The position numbers and the translations under genes are program-made. Below the pieces are notes generated by a model. The model ran no database searches and was not told where the DNA came from. It saw only the letters and a program-made list of their open reading frames with translations. DNA of 64,000 nt, from IMG/VR virus record IMGVR_UViG_3300042146_000099, positions 9,470 through 73,469 of that record. One strand, given 5' to 3'. Each line of letters opens with the position of its first letter. Position 1 is the stretch's first letter. Below, piece after piece: positions 53,890 through 63,855 of the stretch. The DNA comes from a virus.

Positions 53890-54335
53890 GAGGGCACCTC
53901 CGTCCAAGCGATCACCAAGCCGGGGATCAGGTAGTGGGCGTACGACGACGGATCGTCGGGGATCCGCCGGTGTTCGCCCGTGGTGTACGCAGACAGCACG
54001 CGGGCCTGCGGATATCCGGTGGGCAGGGTGACGGTCTGCGGGATAGCGGGGTGGTCGTAGCAGGCCGCTTGGATGGCCTCGGCGAGCATGGCGGCCTTGT
54101 TCCACGGCGGTTTCTGCGAGTCCGTGTTCACGGCCCAGCAGTCGACGCTCATGACGGGCTCGCGTAGCGGCACGTACAGGTTGGGGGTGCCGCCTGCGCT
54201 GGTGAGGGTGCAGAACCCGGACGCCGCCCAGGTGCTGTTGTCTTTGGGGAGGGTGGTGGCGACGCGGTCGCCGACGATGGTCTTGAGCCAGGCGGTGGCG
54301 ACGAGTTCGGGGGTGGCCCGCAGTTGGAGGCTCAT
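53886..54335 (-). CDS. Tail terminator / completion protein
   Basis: Size and synteny. Confidence 0.7.
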   Translation of the reverse strand: MSLQLRATPELVATAWLKTIVGDRVATTLPKDNSTWAASGFCTLTSAGGTPNLYVPLREPVMSVDCWAVNTDSQKPPWNKAAMLAEAIQAACYDHPAIPQTVTLPTGYPQARVLSAYTTGEHRRIPDDPSSYAHYLIPGLVIAWTEVPS

Positions 54336-54703
54336 GCGGTCCTCCGCTGGAACAGAGCGGGCCGCAGGTACGGGTTCGGTGCGGTGCCGGGGTGGTTGAC
54401 GCGGGCGACCGGGTGGTCGGCGCCGGGCCAGTACAGGGCCTTCGTGTTGCGCGGGACGATCACGTGCGGGGCGGTGCCGAGTTCGACGTCGGCCGCGTAG
54501 TTGCAGTCAAGGGAGCCGACCCGCAGCACCTTGTCGCGGCACTCGGCGCGGAGAGAGTCATGCAGGCGACTGGTCTTCTTCGGGACGTAGTCCTTCGCGT
54601 CGCCGAGGATGGCGCCGCCGATGACGTCTTCCATCCACTCGTTGATAGCCGCGTCAACGCGCGCGCGCCCTGAAGGGTCGATCCGCACACCGGATCGCGC
54701 CAT
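54332..54703 (-). CDS. HK97 gp10-like neck protein
   Basis: VPKKTSRLHDS, YAADVELGT, HPGTAPNPYLRPAL. Confidence 0.85.
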   Translation of the reverse strand: MARSGVRIDPSGRARVDAAINEWMEDVIGGAILGDAKDYVPKKTSRLHDSLRAECRDKVLRVGSLDCNYAADVELGTAPHVIVPRNTKALYWPGADHPVARVNHPGTAPNPYLRPALFQRRTA

Positions 54704-54805
54704 GGCCGCCTCCTCTCCGAAGCCGGTCTCGTACGTGGCCGCCCGGTCTCCCCGAGCGTGTTGCCTATTCGGTTGGTGATCGCGTTGCGGACAGCCGCAA
54801 AGTGA

Positions 54806-55135
54806 TCAAGTCGTGCGCCGCAGATCCAGCCGCAGATCAGCCGCAACCGCGGGGTTCGCCATCGAGGACACGGCCTCGACTATGTAGACCGCACCCGTGC
54901 TCTCGTCGCGTACACGGTCCTGGTCAGTGATGTCCGTGCCGGCCGTGACCCGGCCGACGGCGTAGCGGACGATCCGCGGCGTGGGGTCGTCTCGGGTGGT
55001 GACGCGGCGAGTCTGCTCGGTGATCGCAGCCACGATGCCGGTGTGGACGACGGTGCTGGTGTCCTGCTCGTCGCCGTACACGTCGGTCGTTGTGCCCCGC
55101 AGGACGGAGAGGGTGGTGGTCGCGATAGCGAGCAT
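54806..55135 (-). CDS. Head-closure / stopper protein
   Basis: DVYGD...TDRV-type beta protein; synteny. Confidence 0.7.
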   Translation of the reverse strand: MLAIATTTLSVLRGTTTDVYGDEQDTSTVVHTGIVAAITEQTRRVTTRDDPTPRIVRYAVGRVTAGTDITDQDRVRDESTGAVYIVEAVSSMANPAVAADLRLDLRRTT

Positions 55136-55590
55136 CAGCAGACCTCCCCCAGCGGTCGCCAGCGCGGATCGTCGTCATCCGCAGCAGCGGAAGTCAGGTT
55201 CATGCGCGACGGGATCACCGAACCGCCGGTCGCCGGACGGATGCGGAGGCCGCGGTTGCGGCGCCAGGACAGGCGGTCGATGCACCGCTTGGCGAGCGGG
55301 GCGAGGACGAGGGCGTTGTCGTGGCGGAGGTTGCCTGACACCTGGTCCTGGTTGAAGCTGCTCAGGTCGATGTTGGTGAAGGCGTCCGGGTGTGCGGTGA
55401 TCCACGCTGCTTGGTAGGCGACGGCCTGTTTCAGGAGGCGGAGGTTCTTCTCCGAGATCAGGCCGTCGTCTGACGCGTCTTCGGTGACGTCGGCGAAGAT
55501 CTCGACAACTCCTTGGGCCTGGTCAACCTGCGCGGCGGTGACGTTGATGCCGGTGTAGGAGGCGACGTCGCTCGTGCTGGCCCACGTCAT
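55135..55590 (-). CDS. Head-tail adaptor
   Basis: WASTSDV...LKQAVAYQA; synteny. Confidence 0.7.
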   Translation of the reverse strand: MTWASTSDVASYTGINVTAAQVDQAQGVVEIFADVTEDASDDGLISEKNLRLLKQAVAYQAAWITAHPDAFTNIDLSSFNQDQVSGNLRHDNALVLAPLAKRCIDRLSWRRNRGLRIRPATGGSVIPSRMNLTSAAADDDDPRWRPLGEVC

Positions 55591-55591
55591 G

Positions 55592-56026
55592 TCAGGTCAC
55601 CTGCCTGACGGATACCTCGTACACCCACACGCCGTCGTCGGTGGCGGCGAGGCGGGCGTCACCGCGGGGCCGGAGACCAGTCTCGGCGGCGGCCGCGATG
55701 GTGGCCTGGCGGCAGGCGAGGTGAGTTTCCTCGTCGGGGCCACCGGGCTCAGCGTCGAACGTCTTCCGGAAGGCCCGGATGGGCTCGGCCTCTTCGGTGC
55801 GGGCGGGAGAGACGTAGTCGGGGAGGGGTGCGAGAACTGTGTCATCAGTCTGGGGGACATGCTGCTCGACGAGAGCGCCGCGCGGCGTCTCGCCGGGAGT
55901 GCCGGTCTCGGCGTCGTGGTCATGGAGACGCTGCACCATCACGGCCTTCGCCGCCCGCGAGGACGGCAGTCCGCGGCGCGCGCACTCCTTTTGGAGTTCG
56001 CCTGCGGTCATCGCCTCGTAGTCCAC
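55592..56026 (-). CDS. SAP-domain-containing protein
   Basis: YEAMTAGELQKECARRGLPSS..KAVMVQRL. Confidence 0.7.
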   Translation of the reverse strand: MDYEAMTAGELQKECARRGLPSSRAAKAVMVQRLHDHDAETGTPGETPRGALVEQHVPQTDDTVLAPLPDYVSPARTEEAEPIRAFRKTFDAEPGGPDEETHLACRQATIAAAAETGLRPRGDARLAATDDGVWVYEVSVRQVT

Positions 56027-56117
56027 GCTGTGCTCCTCGCCAAGTTCAGGTGTGCGGGTTCACCGGTGCCGCCGGGGTGGCACCCACCAATCCCCGACGG
56101 CAGTCCGAGGGGTCCGG

Positions 56118-57068
56118 CTAGTCGGTGAGCCGCTCCAGCAGCGAGAACGCCTTCTCGTGCGCCACGCCGAAGCCGCGACGGACACGGAACTTCGCCGCGG
56201 TGTCGTCGGTGGAGTCCTGCGCGCGGGCCTGGTCGATCAGGCTCTCGGGGCTGGTCCGGTCGCCGCGCTTCATGTACTGCCGGTTGCAGAAGATCAGCAC
56301 GTCGTTGCCGGTCGGGGCGCCCGTCATGGTCGCGGACACCTTGCAGCCGCGAGCCCACTGGATCGGAATGTTGAACAGGGTGTCCGGGGTTCCGGCGACG
56401 CCCTGGATGAAGATCGGGCGTCCCTGCGCGTCGGTTGCGAGACGTAGGGCGTCACGCCAGCCGGGCGCGGCGATCACGAGGGAGTCGGCGAGAGACCAGA
56501 ACTGTCCGGTCTCCACCTTCTTCAGAAGCGCGGACAGCTTCTCGTACAGCGATGTGCCGTCCGGCGTGGACGCGATGGCGATCTTGTCGTCGTCCCAAGA
56601 CAGGTAGTTGTCGTCCGCCGTGTACGAGACGGCGCTGTTCGTGGTGCGCAGCGCCTTGTACACCGACGTGAACGGGACCGTGGTGCCGTTCTCCGTGCCG
56701 GACACCGCGAGACATGCGTTGTCGAAGGTGTCGGCGTAGGAGATCGCCCAGTCCATGCCCTTGGTGTTGAGGACGTCGACGATCGACTCAGCGTCGGCGA
56801 GGTCGTCCTCGTCGACGACGAACTGGCTGATGAACCGGCGCGCGGTCAGCGTGATGTAGTCGTTGGTCGACGCGTCCGCCGTGTACGTCGTACCGGCGGT
56901 GACGGTCAGGCCTGCGGAGCGCAGGACGCGCTTCGTCGCGGAGGCCATCTTGACCGGGTAGCCCCACCGTTCGACGGCGGAGTCCATCTGCACGCGCTTG
57001 ATGACGTCGGAGTCCCACTCGATGGGGATCCAGTCGTTGATGATGTCGGTGCTCGCCACTGTGGGCAC
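56118..57068 (-). CDS. Major capsid protein (HK97 fold)
   Basis: WIPIEW, DAQGRPIF...LFNIPI, RVRRGFGV; after scaffold. Confidence 0.88.
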   Translation of the reverse strand: MPTVASTDIINDWIPIEWDSDVIKRVQMDSAVERWGYPVKMASATKRVLRSAGLTVTAGTTYTADASTNDYITLTARRFISQFVVDEDDLADAESIVDVLNTKGMDWAISYADTFDNACLAVSGTENGTTVPFTSVYKALRTTNSAVSYTADDNYLSWDDDKIAIASTPDGTSLYEKLSALLKKVETGQFWSLADSLVIAAPGWRDALRLATDAQGRPIFIQGVAGTPDTLFNIPIQWARGCKVSATMTGAPTGNDVLIFCNRQYMKRGDRTSPESLIDQARAQDSTDDTAAKFRVRRGFGVAHEKAFSLLERLTD

Positions 57069-57171
57069 TCCAGGAAGGCGGGGGGCTCACAGCCCGCACG
57101 GATAGTGGGTGCCCTACCTGGGCGAACTGTGAGCGTCCCGCTCGTTCCTGCCGCACACGCGTGGTGTGCGC

Positions 57172-57891
57172 TTAGCCGCGGAGTGCCCGCTGCGCGAGGG
57201 TCTCGGCCCATCCCTTGGGCTCTGGCTTCGGCGCGGGCTTGTCGGCTGCGTCCACCTTAGCCGCGGGTACACCATTCTGGCCAGAACCGCCAGCCCCGTT
57301 GGACGGATTGGCAGGGTTCCGGGTGCGCTTGAAGCCCTCCGGGAAGATCTTCTTCACGGCTTCGAGGCGCTCCCGGAGATCCTCCTCGTCGTCGAGGTCG
57401 ACCTCCTCGAAGTCGACGAGCGGCATGATGAGTTCGAGGCGCTGCCCGTTCCAGCCCGCTTCGGCGAGCGCCTTGTTAAACGCACCGACCAGCTTCTTCG
57501 CGCCCCGCATGCCCTCGATCTTCGCCTCTGCGACGGCCCGGTCGATCTGCTTCTTCATCTCAGCCGCGGTGATGCCCTGCGGCTGGTCACCCTGCGGCTC
57601 CGGTTCCGGGTCGGGCTCGTCCGGCTGGGCCTTCTGCCCGGTCTTCGGGTCGATGCCGTGCGCCTTCAAATACTTTCGGCGCGCCGCTGCCTCCCCGGAC
57701 GCGGTCTTCAGCTTCGCGATCGTCTCCTCGTACTCCTCCCGGGTCGGAGGGGTCCAGTCGTCGGCGGGCTCGGCGGGCTCCGGCTCGACGACAACCATCG
57801 GCCCCGGGGCCGGGTCGTCGCCGCCGTCGGCATACCAGATGAACGGGCTGTCGTACGGGTGCGCCCACCCAGGCAGCGTGTTGGGTGCCAT
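57172..57891 (-). CDS. Capsid scaffolding protein
   Basis: Acidic/helical, EAAARR, KKIFPEGF; before capsid. Confidence 0.8.
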   Translation of the reverse strand: MAPNTLPGWAHPYDSPFIWYADGGDDPAPGPMVVVEPEPAEPADDWTPPTREEYEETIAKLKTASGEAAARRKYLKAHGIDPKTGQKAQPDEPDPEPEPQGDQPQGITAAEMKKQIDRAVAEAKIEGMRGAKKLVGAFNKALAEAGWNGQRLELIMPLVDFEEVDLDDEEDLRERLEAVKKIFPEGFKRTRNPANPSNGAGGSGQNGVPAAKVDAADKPAPKPEPKGWAETLAQRALRG

Positions 57892-57902
57892 GTGCTTCTC
57901 CT

Positions 57903-58907
57903 TCATGGGCGGCCGGCCGCGGTGGCTTCGGCCTGTCGGCGGACGCGCGTGGACAGTCCGCGGCGCGCCAGCAGTGCTTGGGCCGCCCGACGTCGGGCGG
58001 CGCGGGACTCGGACGGGCGGCCACGGCCAGCAGCGACGGACCTCCACGCCTGGTCACGCAGCAGGTCCGGGAGGCTCCCGGGGCCGGTATCCCAGCCGGG
58101 CATCCACGGCACGAGGCGGCAGCGGCAGCGGATGTGAGCCGGAGGCCCGTCGAGGGCGGCCACACTGCTGCTGCGGGAGCGCGGGTCCATGGACAGCCCA
58201 CCAGGGAACCGGCCGTCCCGGTCGGCGAGGCGGCCGGCGTAGGCGAGGCAGATGACGCACGCGTCGGGCTCGGACGCCCACAGGCCGCGGGCTTCGTAGC
58301 GGGCGGCGGTTTGGGCGGCGCCGTCGTTGATGGCGCGGTGGATGGCCCAGGAGACCGTCTGCCGTACGAGGGTCGCGCTGCGGCGGGCTGCCGCAAGGCC
58401 GAGGACAACGCCGCGCCAGCCGCTGCCCTGCACGGCACGGGGGGATAGGAGGCGTGCGGCGAGGCGGAGTTGTGTCGTCACCGCGTCCGCGAGGCCGCGC
58501 GCCGCATCCAAAGCCGCCGCTGAGGGCTCCACGTCCGGGGCTGTGAAGTTCCGGCCGGACGCCTTGCTGAGGAACTCGGCGGCATGCCGGGCGCCCATGT
58601 GCGTGGCCTCTTCCAGAGCGTCCTCCAGGGCTCGCTGCGAGGGGCGCCCCAATCCCCGGCTGGCCCGGTCCACATCGCGCCGCACGCCGACGAGGAGACT
58701 TGCCAGCTTCGCTCCGGATCCCGCCGCCGTGAGTGCCCCGAACGTCGCCACCCACGCAGCCAGTGCCACCGCGAGCAGCCCGGCGAGTTCGACGCCGGCC
58801 CCGCCGTCGGCCTGCTCGGCCGTCTGCTCTTCCAGCGCGGCGGCTTCGGCTGCCTGCTGCTCTTGGACGAGCGTGGCGAGCTGCTGCGGGGTGGCTTCGG
58901 GTGTCAC
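57903..58907 (-). CDS. MuF-like minor head protein
   Basis: DACVICLAYAG and PPAHIRCRCRL. Confidence 0.75.
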   Translation of the reverse strand: MTPEATPQQLATLVQEQQAAEAAALEEQTAEQADGGAGVELAGLLAVALAAWVATFGALTAAGSGAKLASLLVGVRRDVDRASRGLGRPSQRALEDALEEATHMGARHAAEFLSKASGRNFTAPDVEPSAAALDAARGLADAVTTQLRLAARLLSPRAVQGSGWRGVVLGLAAARRSATLVRQTVSWAIHRAINDGAAQTAARYEARGLWASEPDACVICLAYAGRLADRDGRFPGGLSMDPRSRSSSVAALDGPPAHIRCRCRLVPWMPGWDTGPGSLPDLLRDQAWRSVAAGRGRPSESRAARRRAAQALLARRGLSTRVRRQAEATAAGRP

Positions 58908-60439
58908 TGGTTGGCCTCACTTCCGCCCAGGTCGGCGGCGGCGCCGAGAACACTGTCGAGGAGGCGGGTGACGTCTTCGCTCTTGATCGCGCCGAGTTGC
59001 ACGCCGGAGCCGAGAGCCTGGACGGCGAGACCGATCTTCTCCAGGAGTTCGGCGCGGCGCAGGAGTTCAGCGTCGTCGTCCAGTGCAGCAAGCCAGCCTT
59101 CGACCATCTCCGGCGGGCATCCGGCTTCGACGAGGGCGCGCTCGCGGGGAACACCGGCTTTGGTTTTCGCGTCGACGGTTGCCCAGCCCTCGCTGTCGTC
59201 GCGGTAGTCGGCGGGCTGCCAGCGCACGGTGACGGTGGTGTCGTCGTAGCCGAGGAGGCGGAGCGCGAACTCGAACGCATCCTGGTGGGTGGCGCCGAAC
59301 GATCGCTGCCGCGCCTGCACACGGGCAGTAAGCGCGGCGCGGGCCTCTCGGCGGGCCTCGCCGGAGATGGCGTCGCCGGTGGAGTCGAACTCCTGAAACG
59401 GCGTCGACGTGACCTGTGCCATCGCCTTCACGTACCGGTCGAACGGCTTCAGATACGTCTCGGGGTTGGCGGCCTCGAACTGGCCTACACCCTTCAGCCC
59501 CTGAAGCAGCCACAGTTCACCGGGGTCGTTCCGCAGCTGGGACGGGTTCAGCGGGGACTCCGGGTCGGCGCCGTCGTCGAGTGGGGACTCGGGGTCGAAG
59601 TCGGACTGCATGCCGGACTGGTCGACCGTGGGGTCGATGAGCCCGTACCGCTGCGGCAGCGACTGGAAGTCCACGGTGGCGAGATGCCCGAGCACGATCT
59701 TGTTGATCGCGGATTGGGGGCCGTATGCGGCGTAGTGCTCGGGGCGGCCGTACGGGCGGCCGGTGCGGTAGTGGAAGAACGGGATCTCGCCGTAGGGGTT
59801 GGGCAGAGTGGGTTCCTGGCCGTCTCCGGTGAACGGCTCCCACTTGTCCTGTTTGCCGGTGTGCTTGCCGGACCAGATCCAGCGTTCGATCCGCGCCGAT
59901 TCCTCGCCGATAGCGGGGTACCAGAGGTCGGCGCGGATGGCCTGGGTCTTGCCCGCGCCTACGCGCCACGACTTGATCGCGAGTTTCTTGCGGAGCGGGT
60001 TCTCGTCGTCGTAGATGACGCGGACGGTGGCGGCGGAGTTGACGAACATGTCGACCCCGAGGATGTCGCCTTGGCCGTCAGTCTCAGGCCAGACCATGAG
60101 GTAGGCGTCACCTTGGGAGCAGGCGCGGACGTGGAGGCCAGGGAGTTCCTCGTCGAGCTGGTTCCGTTTGATGAGGTCGGCGATCTCGGCGTCGATGTCG
60201 TCGTCGCCGGTGGTGATGGCGGTGATGTGGAGACGGTCGGTGACGGCGGTGACGGGGATGCGAGCGAAGTTGATTTCGTCGAGATCGTTGAGGTTCGACT
60301 TCGCGAGGAGCTTGGCGACCTTGTCGGAGGCGTACAGCTCGTCGACGTCGCCGTCGAAGTAGGCCTCGGCTTTGGCGTAGGCGGGGCGGGCGTCGCAGAG
60401 TTCGGCGTAGGCGTCGATCAGGTCTTGCGTGCCTGCCAT
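58904..60439 (-). CDS. Portal protein (SPP1-like)
   Basis: YFDG, NFARIPV..V.DRL, NPYGEIPF, ISGEA; after terL. Confidence 0.9.
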   Translation of the reverse strand: MAGTQDLIDAYAELCDARPAYAKAEAYFDGDVDELYASDKVAKLLAKSNLNDLDEINFARIPVTAVTDRLHITAITTGDDDIDAEIADLIKRNQLDEELPGLHVRACSQGDAYLMVWPETDGQGDILGVDMFVNSAATVRVIYDDENPLRKKLAIKSWRVGAGKTQAIRADLWYPAIGEESARIERWIWSGKHTGKQDKWEPFTGDGQEPTLPNPYGEIPFFHYRTGRPYGRPEHYAAYGPQSAINKIVLGHLATVDFQSLPQRYGLIDPTVDQSGMQSDFDPESPLDDGADPESPLNPSQLRNDPGELWLLQGLKGVGQFEAANPETYLKPFDRYVKAMAQVTSTPFQEFDSTGDAISGEARREARAALTARVQARQRSFGATHQDAFEFALRLLGYDDTTVTVRWQPADYRDDSEGWATVDAKTKAGVPRERALVEAGCPPEMVEGWLAALDDDAELLRRAELLEKIGLAVQALGSGVQLGAIKSEDVTRLLDSVLGAAADLGGSEANQ

Positions 60440-60457
60440 CCCCACACCTCCACGTTG

Positions 60458-60475
60458 CCTTTGAATCGAAGGTTA
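60458..60475 (-). promoter_or_regulatory. Candidate late-promoter motif before portal
   Basis: CCTTTGAATCGAAGGTTA, 17/18 identical to site before terS. Confidence 0.6.
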
Positions 60476-60511
60476 CGGCATGCATTGACCAACGGTCATG
60501 AAGGTGGCGGG

Positions 60512-62092
60512 TCAGCCTGGACTCACGGATCGCGCTGCGGCCTTCTTTCGGGCGGGCGGCTTCAGGAAACGCAGCACCGCATTGCCGACCGAGTCGACGA
60601 GGTCGTCATTCGGGGCCTTCGGGAACGCCACCATCTGCTCCTCCAGCGCAGCCAGCGGCTCAACGTGCACAACCCGCGGTGGAACCAACTGGTAGAGGTT
60701 CAGCAAGCGTTCGGCGCGCGACTCCTTCTTCTCGCTGTTCGAGAAGATAACGACCTTCACCGGCAGGTCATGGAAAACCTCGTGCCACAACTCCTGGCCC
60801 TGGTTGCCTTCCACGAGGATCACGCCGACCTCGGGGAACGACTCTAGGATCTGGAGCACGCGCGCCCGCAGCGCCTTTCCTTTGAGCTTGACGGCCTGCG
60901 CGAACTTCACCAGGCAGCGCGCGGGCTGAGCATCACTGGCCGGCGCCCAGCTGACGACGGACAGGCCTGTGAAGTCGCTGGTCTTTTTCGTGGTGACGGC
61001 GCCGTCCACGGACAGGTACGTGCGCGCGGTCGGGAACGCACCGTACGTGAAGTCGCCCTCCGACCAGTACGGGCCGTCTGTGGCCATCGGGTCGTTCAGG
61101 TAGTTCTTCCGGTAGCTGCGGGTGTGCTCAATCTTCTTCAGGTACGACAGCGGCCACTTCGATGGCCACATGGACCGTTCGCGGCCGTAGTCGTCAGCGA
61201 TGATCGGCAGATGGTGGTGGACGCGGAACTGCTGCTCACCCACCCACGCGTTCGCCTCCGACTGCTCGCCCTTGCCCCACTTGACGAGTTGGTGGGTGAT
61301 GCTGCCCGGCATTGTCACTGTTCCTGACAGGACCACGCGGGCGTAGATGTTCAACGGCAGGATCGCGTCGGTGACGGTCTTCAGCCGCTTATCCGCCTGG
61401 TAAGCGCTGTAGCTCGACTCGTCCGGCTCCACATCATCAAGGAGCAGCAGGTCGGGCCGGCGCTCTCCGACCTTCATGCCGAGCGAACTGGAGTCGATGC
61501 CCTTCGCCGCGAACACGAACCCGTTGGCCCGGATCACCATGTGCTTCGCATCGGACTCCGCCGCCCCGGACGGCCGGCGGCCAGCAGTGCAGAGCTGGGG
61601 GAAGTCGCGGCGGAGTGCGGTGTTCCCGTCGACTTCCTTCCGAAATGTGGCCAGGTGTAGTTCGGCCTGTGGTCCGGAGTCGGCGAACACTGCGGCGAAC
61701 CTGATGTGCCCGTGCGCGGCGGCCCACAGCGGCAGGATGAACAGCATCCACGTGCTTTTGCCGGTGTCGCGGGGGGCGAGGAACGCGTCGCGCTGCTCCA
61801 TGGGCGTCCGCGGAGGGATGGCCCAGTGGCGGGCCAGTCGGACCCATTCGAGGTGGGCGTCGGCGAAGGTGACGTTGCCTTCGGGGTCGCGGAGGTGGTG
61901 CAGGCAGTAGAGGACTGCGAACAGGAGCGGGTCGTACTTGGTGGCCTCGATGCGGGCGTCACTGTGCTCGGGCGCCCCGTCGAGGAGTCGGGCGTCGATG
62001 CTTTCGATCCATGCTGCCAGGTCGAAGGATTCGGCGGTTGCCTGCTCGTCATACGGGTCGGTGACTGGCAGCGGCTGCGCCGCGGTGGTCAC
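60512..62092 (-). CDS. terL: Terminase large subunit
   Basis: Walker A APRDTGKST, Walker B RPDLLLLDDVE, nuclease SVDGA..SDFT..FPKAPNDDLVD. Confidence 0.93.
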   Translation of the reverse strand: MTTAAQPLPVTDPYDEQATAESFDLAAWIESIDARLLDGAPEHSDARIEATKYDPLLFAVLYCLHHLRDPEGNVTFADAHLEWVRLARHWAIPPRTPMEQRDAFLAPRDTGKSTWMLFILPLWAAAHGHIRFAAVFADSGPQAELHLATFRKEVDGNTALRRDFPQLCTAGRRPSGAAESDAKHMVIRANGFVFAAKGIDSSSLGMKVGERRPDLLLLDDVEPDESSYSAYQADKRLKTVTDAILPLNIYARVVLSGTVTMPGSITHQLVKWGKGEQSEANAWVGEQQFRVHHHLPIIADDYGRERSMWPSKWPLSYLKKIEHTRSYRKNYLNDPMATDGPYWSEGDFTYGAFPTARTYLSVDGAVTTKKTSDFTGLSVVSWAPASDAQPARCLVKFAQAVKLKGKALRARVLQILESFPEVGVILVEGNQGQELWHEVFHDLPVKVVIFSNSEKKESRAERLLNLYQLVPPRVVHVEPLAALEEQMVAFPKAPNDDLVDSVGNAVLRFLKPPARKKAAARSVSPG

Positions 62093-62688
62093 TCGTGGTG
62101 CTCTCGGGCGCCGCGCAGTTGCGCTTCGGCTGCTGCGTTCTTGGCCTTGAGTTCGTTGGCCCACTCGCGGAGTGCGATGTCCTGCTGGGTGACTTCGTGG
62201 ACGGTGGCGTCGACCTTGATGGCTGCTTCGATGCCGGTGAGTTTGGCGCGGCGTTCGCCGTTGCGGCGGCGCGCGTCCTCGATCTTGATGAGCCGGTCGA
62301 TGGCTTGGAGGACTGGCCCGTCGTCTTCCATGGGCTGGTCGGTGTCGGGGTGGAGGATGACGCGCCCGTTGTTGACCATGATGTGGGGGGTGGTCAGGAC
62401 TTTGCGGGCGGAGACTTCGAGGTCGTCGAGGCGTTCGAGTTCGGCGTCGAGGCGTTCGAGTTCGAAGTGGAGGACTGCTTCGCCGGGCTCGCGGATGATC
62501 TCTTTGAGGGCGCGTTCGACGGCGTCGTAGGCGGTGCGCCTTTCCCCGTAGCCGAGTTCGTCGGCGATCTGCTGGTAGGTGCGTCCTTTGGCGCGGAGGT
62601 TGGCGGCTTGGGCGTCGCGGCGTGCGGTTTCGGGGGTGCGGATGTAGCGGCCTTTGCCGCTGCGTGCGTCTTGGTTGGGGTTGGCCAT
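62089..62688 (-). CDS. terS: Terminase small subunit (HTH)
   Basis: [23 protein letters not shown]; directly before terL. Confidence 0.8.
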   Translation of the reverse strand: MANPNQDARSGKGRYIRTPETARRDAQAANLRAKGRTYQQIADELGYGERRTAYDAVERALKEIIREPGEAVLHFELERLDAELERLDDLEVSARKVLTTPHIMVNNGRVILHPDTDQPMEDDGPVLQAIDRLIKIEDARRRNGERRAKLTGIEAAIKVDATVHEVTQQDIALREWANELKAKNAAAEAQLRGAREHHE

Positions 62689-62713
62689 GATGGGTGCCTC
62701 CTGCCAGCCTGTA

Positions 62714-62731
62714 CCTTTGAATCGTAGGTTA
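62714..62731 (-). promoter_or_regulatory. Candidate late-promoter motif before terS
   Basis: Minus strand TAACCTACGATTCAAAGG containing -10-like TACGAT. Confidence 0.6.
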
Positions 62732-62773
62732 AGGCGCCCGGTCAGGCTTCGATTCGATCGCCGGTGGTGTGGG

Positions 62774-62968
62774 ATGGTCTCCAGCAAGGGCGGACGCGCA
62801 GGCTTCGTCTATCGCAGCCGTCACGACACGTACAGGGCTCTGCGTCGGCAGGGCGCCAGCAAGAGCAAGGCCGCGAGGATCTCGAACGCGGGCCGGACGC
62901 GCGTTCAGCGCAGCGTCATGGCCCGCAAAGCAGCGAGGGCCAGGAAAGCGAAAGGCCGACGCCGTTGA
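62774..62968 (+). CDS. Small, very basic protein
   Basis: YRALRRQGASKSKAARISNA; Arg/Lys-rich. Confidence 0.65.
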   Translation: MVSSKGGRAGFVYRSRHDTYRALRRQGASKSKAARISNAGRTRVQRSVMARKAARARKAKGRRR

Positions 62969-63009
62969 CCACCATCCAAGGCACCTGGAACTACTGAAAG
63001 AGAGACGCC

Positions 63010-63855
63010 ATGGCCTGGTATCCCGGCGCCACGCGCATGGAGCTGCAACCCGAGTCCGATGCCCAACCGGCGATCCGGCCGACGCAGTTCATCGTGCACA
63101 GCATCGTCGCCCCGTGGACGCCGCGGCGTACGTATGAGTTCTGGCGGGACAGCACGGCCCTTGAGAGTCATTTCGGTGTCGGTTACGACGGGGACATCGC
63201 GCAGTACATCGGCACCGAGACCCGCGCGGACGCCAACGCGCAGGCCAACCGGCGCCCGGACGGCACCGGCGCCGTGTCCGTCGAGACCGCCTCCAACACG
63301 TCGGCGTCCGACCCGTGGACGCCGCAGCAGCTCGAGGAACTCATCCGGCTCGGCGTGTGGATGCACGAGCGGCACGGCCTGCCACTGCGGATCTGCCGCA
63401 GCCACACCGACCCCGGATACGGCTACCACTCCATGTTCCGCGAGTGGTCGACGTCCGGCACGGCCTGCCCCGGCAAAACCCGCATCGAGCAGTTCAAGAC
63501 GGTCGTGTTCCCGGGCATCGTCGCCCGCGCGGCCGGCACCCCCAAGGAGGACGACATGCCCACACCCGCCGAAGTCGCCAAGGCGGTGCTCACGCTGGAC
63601 GGGGTCATCTCCATTCCAGGGGCGCCGGCCACGAACCCGACGTACACCCTGTCGAGTACGCAGACCGAGATTCTCAAGCGGATCGACAAGGCCAACGCCA
63701 CCCTGGCCGCGCAGCGGGCGACGATCGACGAGTTGGTGAAGGCGGTCGCCACGCTGGCCGCGAACATCGGCGACCTCGACCCGGCGGCGATCGTTGCTGA
63801 ACTTCGGGCGTCGATTGAGTCCGTGACCATCCACCTCGACGCCGACGGCGCCTGA
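63010..63855 (+). CDS. Endolysin, N-acetylmuramoyl-L-alanine amidase (Amidase_2)
   Basis: IVHS, SHF.V..DG.I.QY, SVET, GYH, TACPG. Confidence 0.88.
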   Translation: MAWYPGATRMELQPESDAQPAIRPTQFIVHSIVAPWTPRRTYEFWRDSTALESHFGVGYDGDIAQYIGTETRADANAQANRRPDGTGAVSVETASNTSASDPWTPQQLEELIRLGVWMHERHGLPLRICRSHTDPGYGYHSMFREWSTSGTACPGKTRIEQFKTVVFPGIVARAAGTPKEDDMPTPAEVAKAVLTLDGVISIPGAPATNPTYTLSSTQTEILKRIDKANATLAAQRATIDELVKAVATLAANIGDLDPAAIVAELRASIESVTIHLDADGA

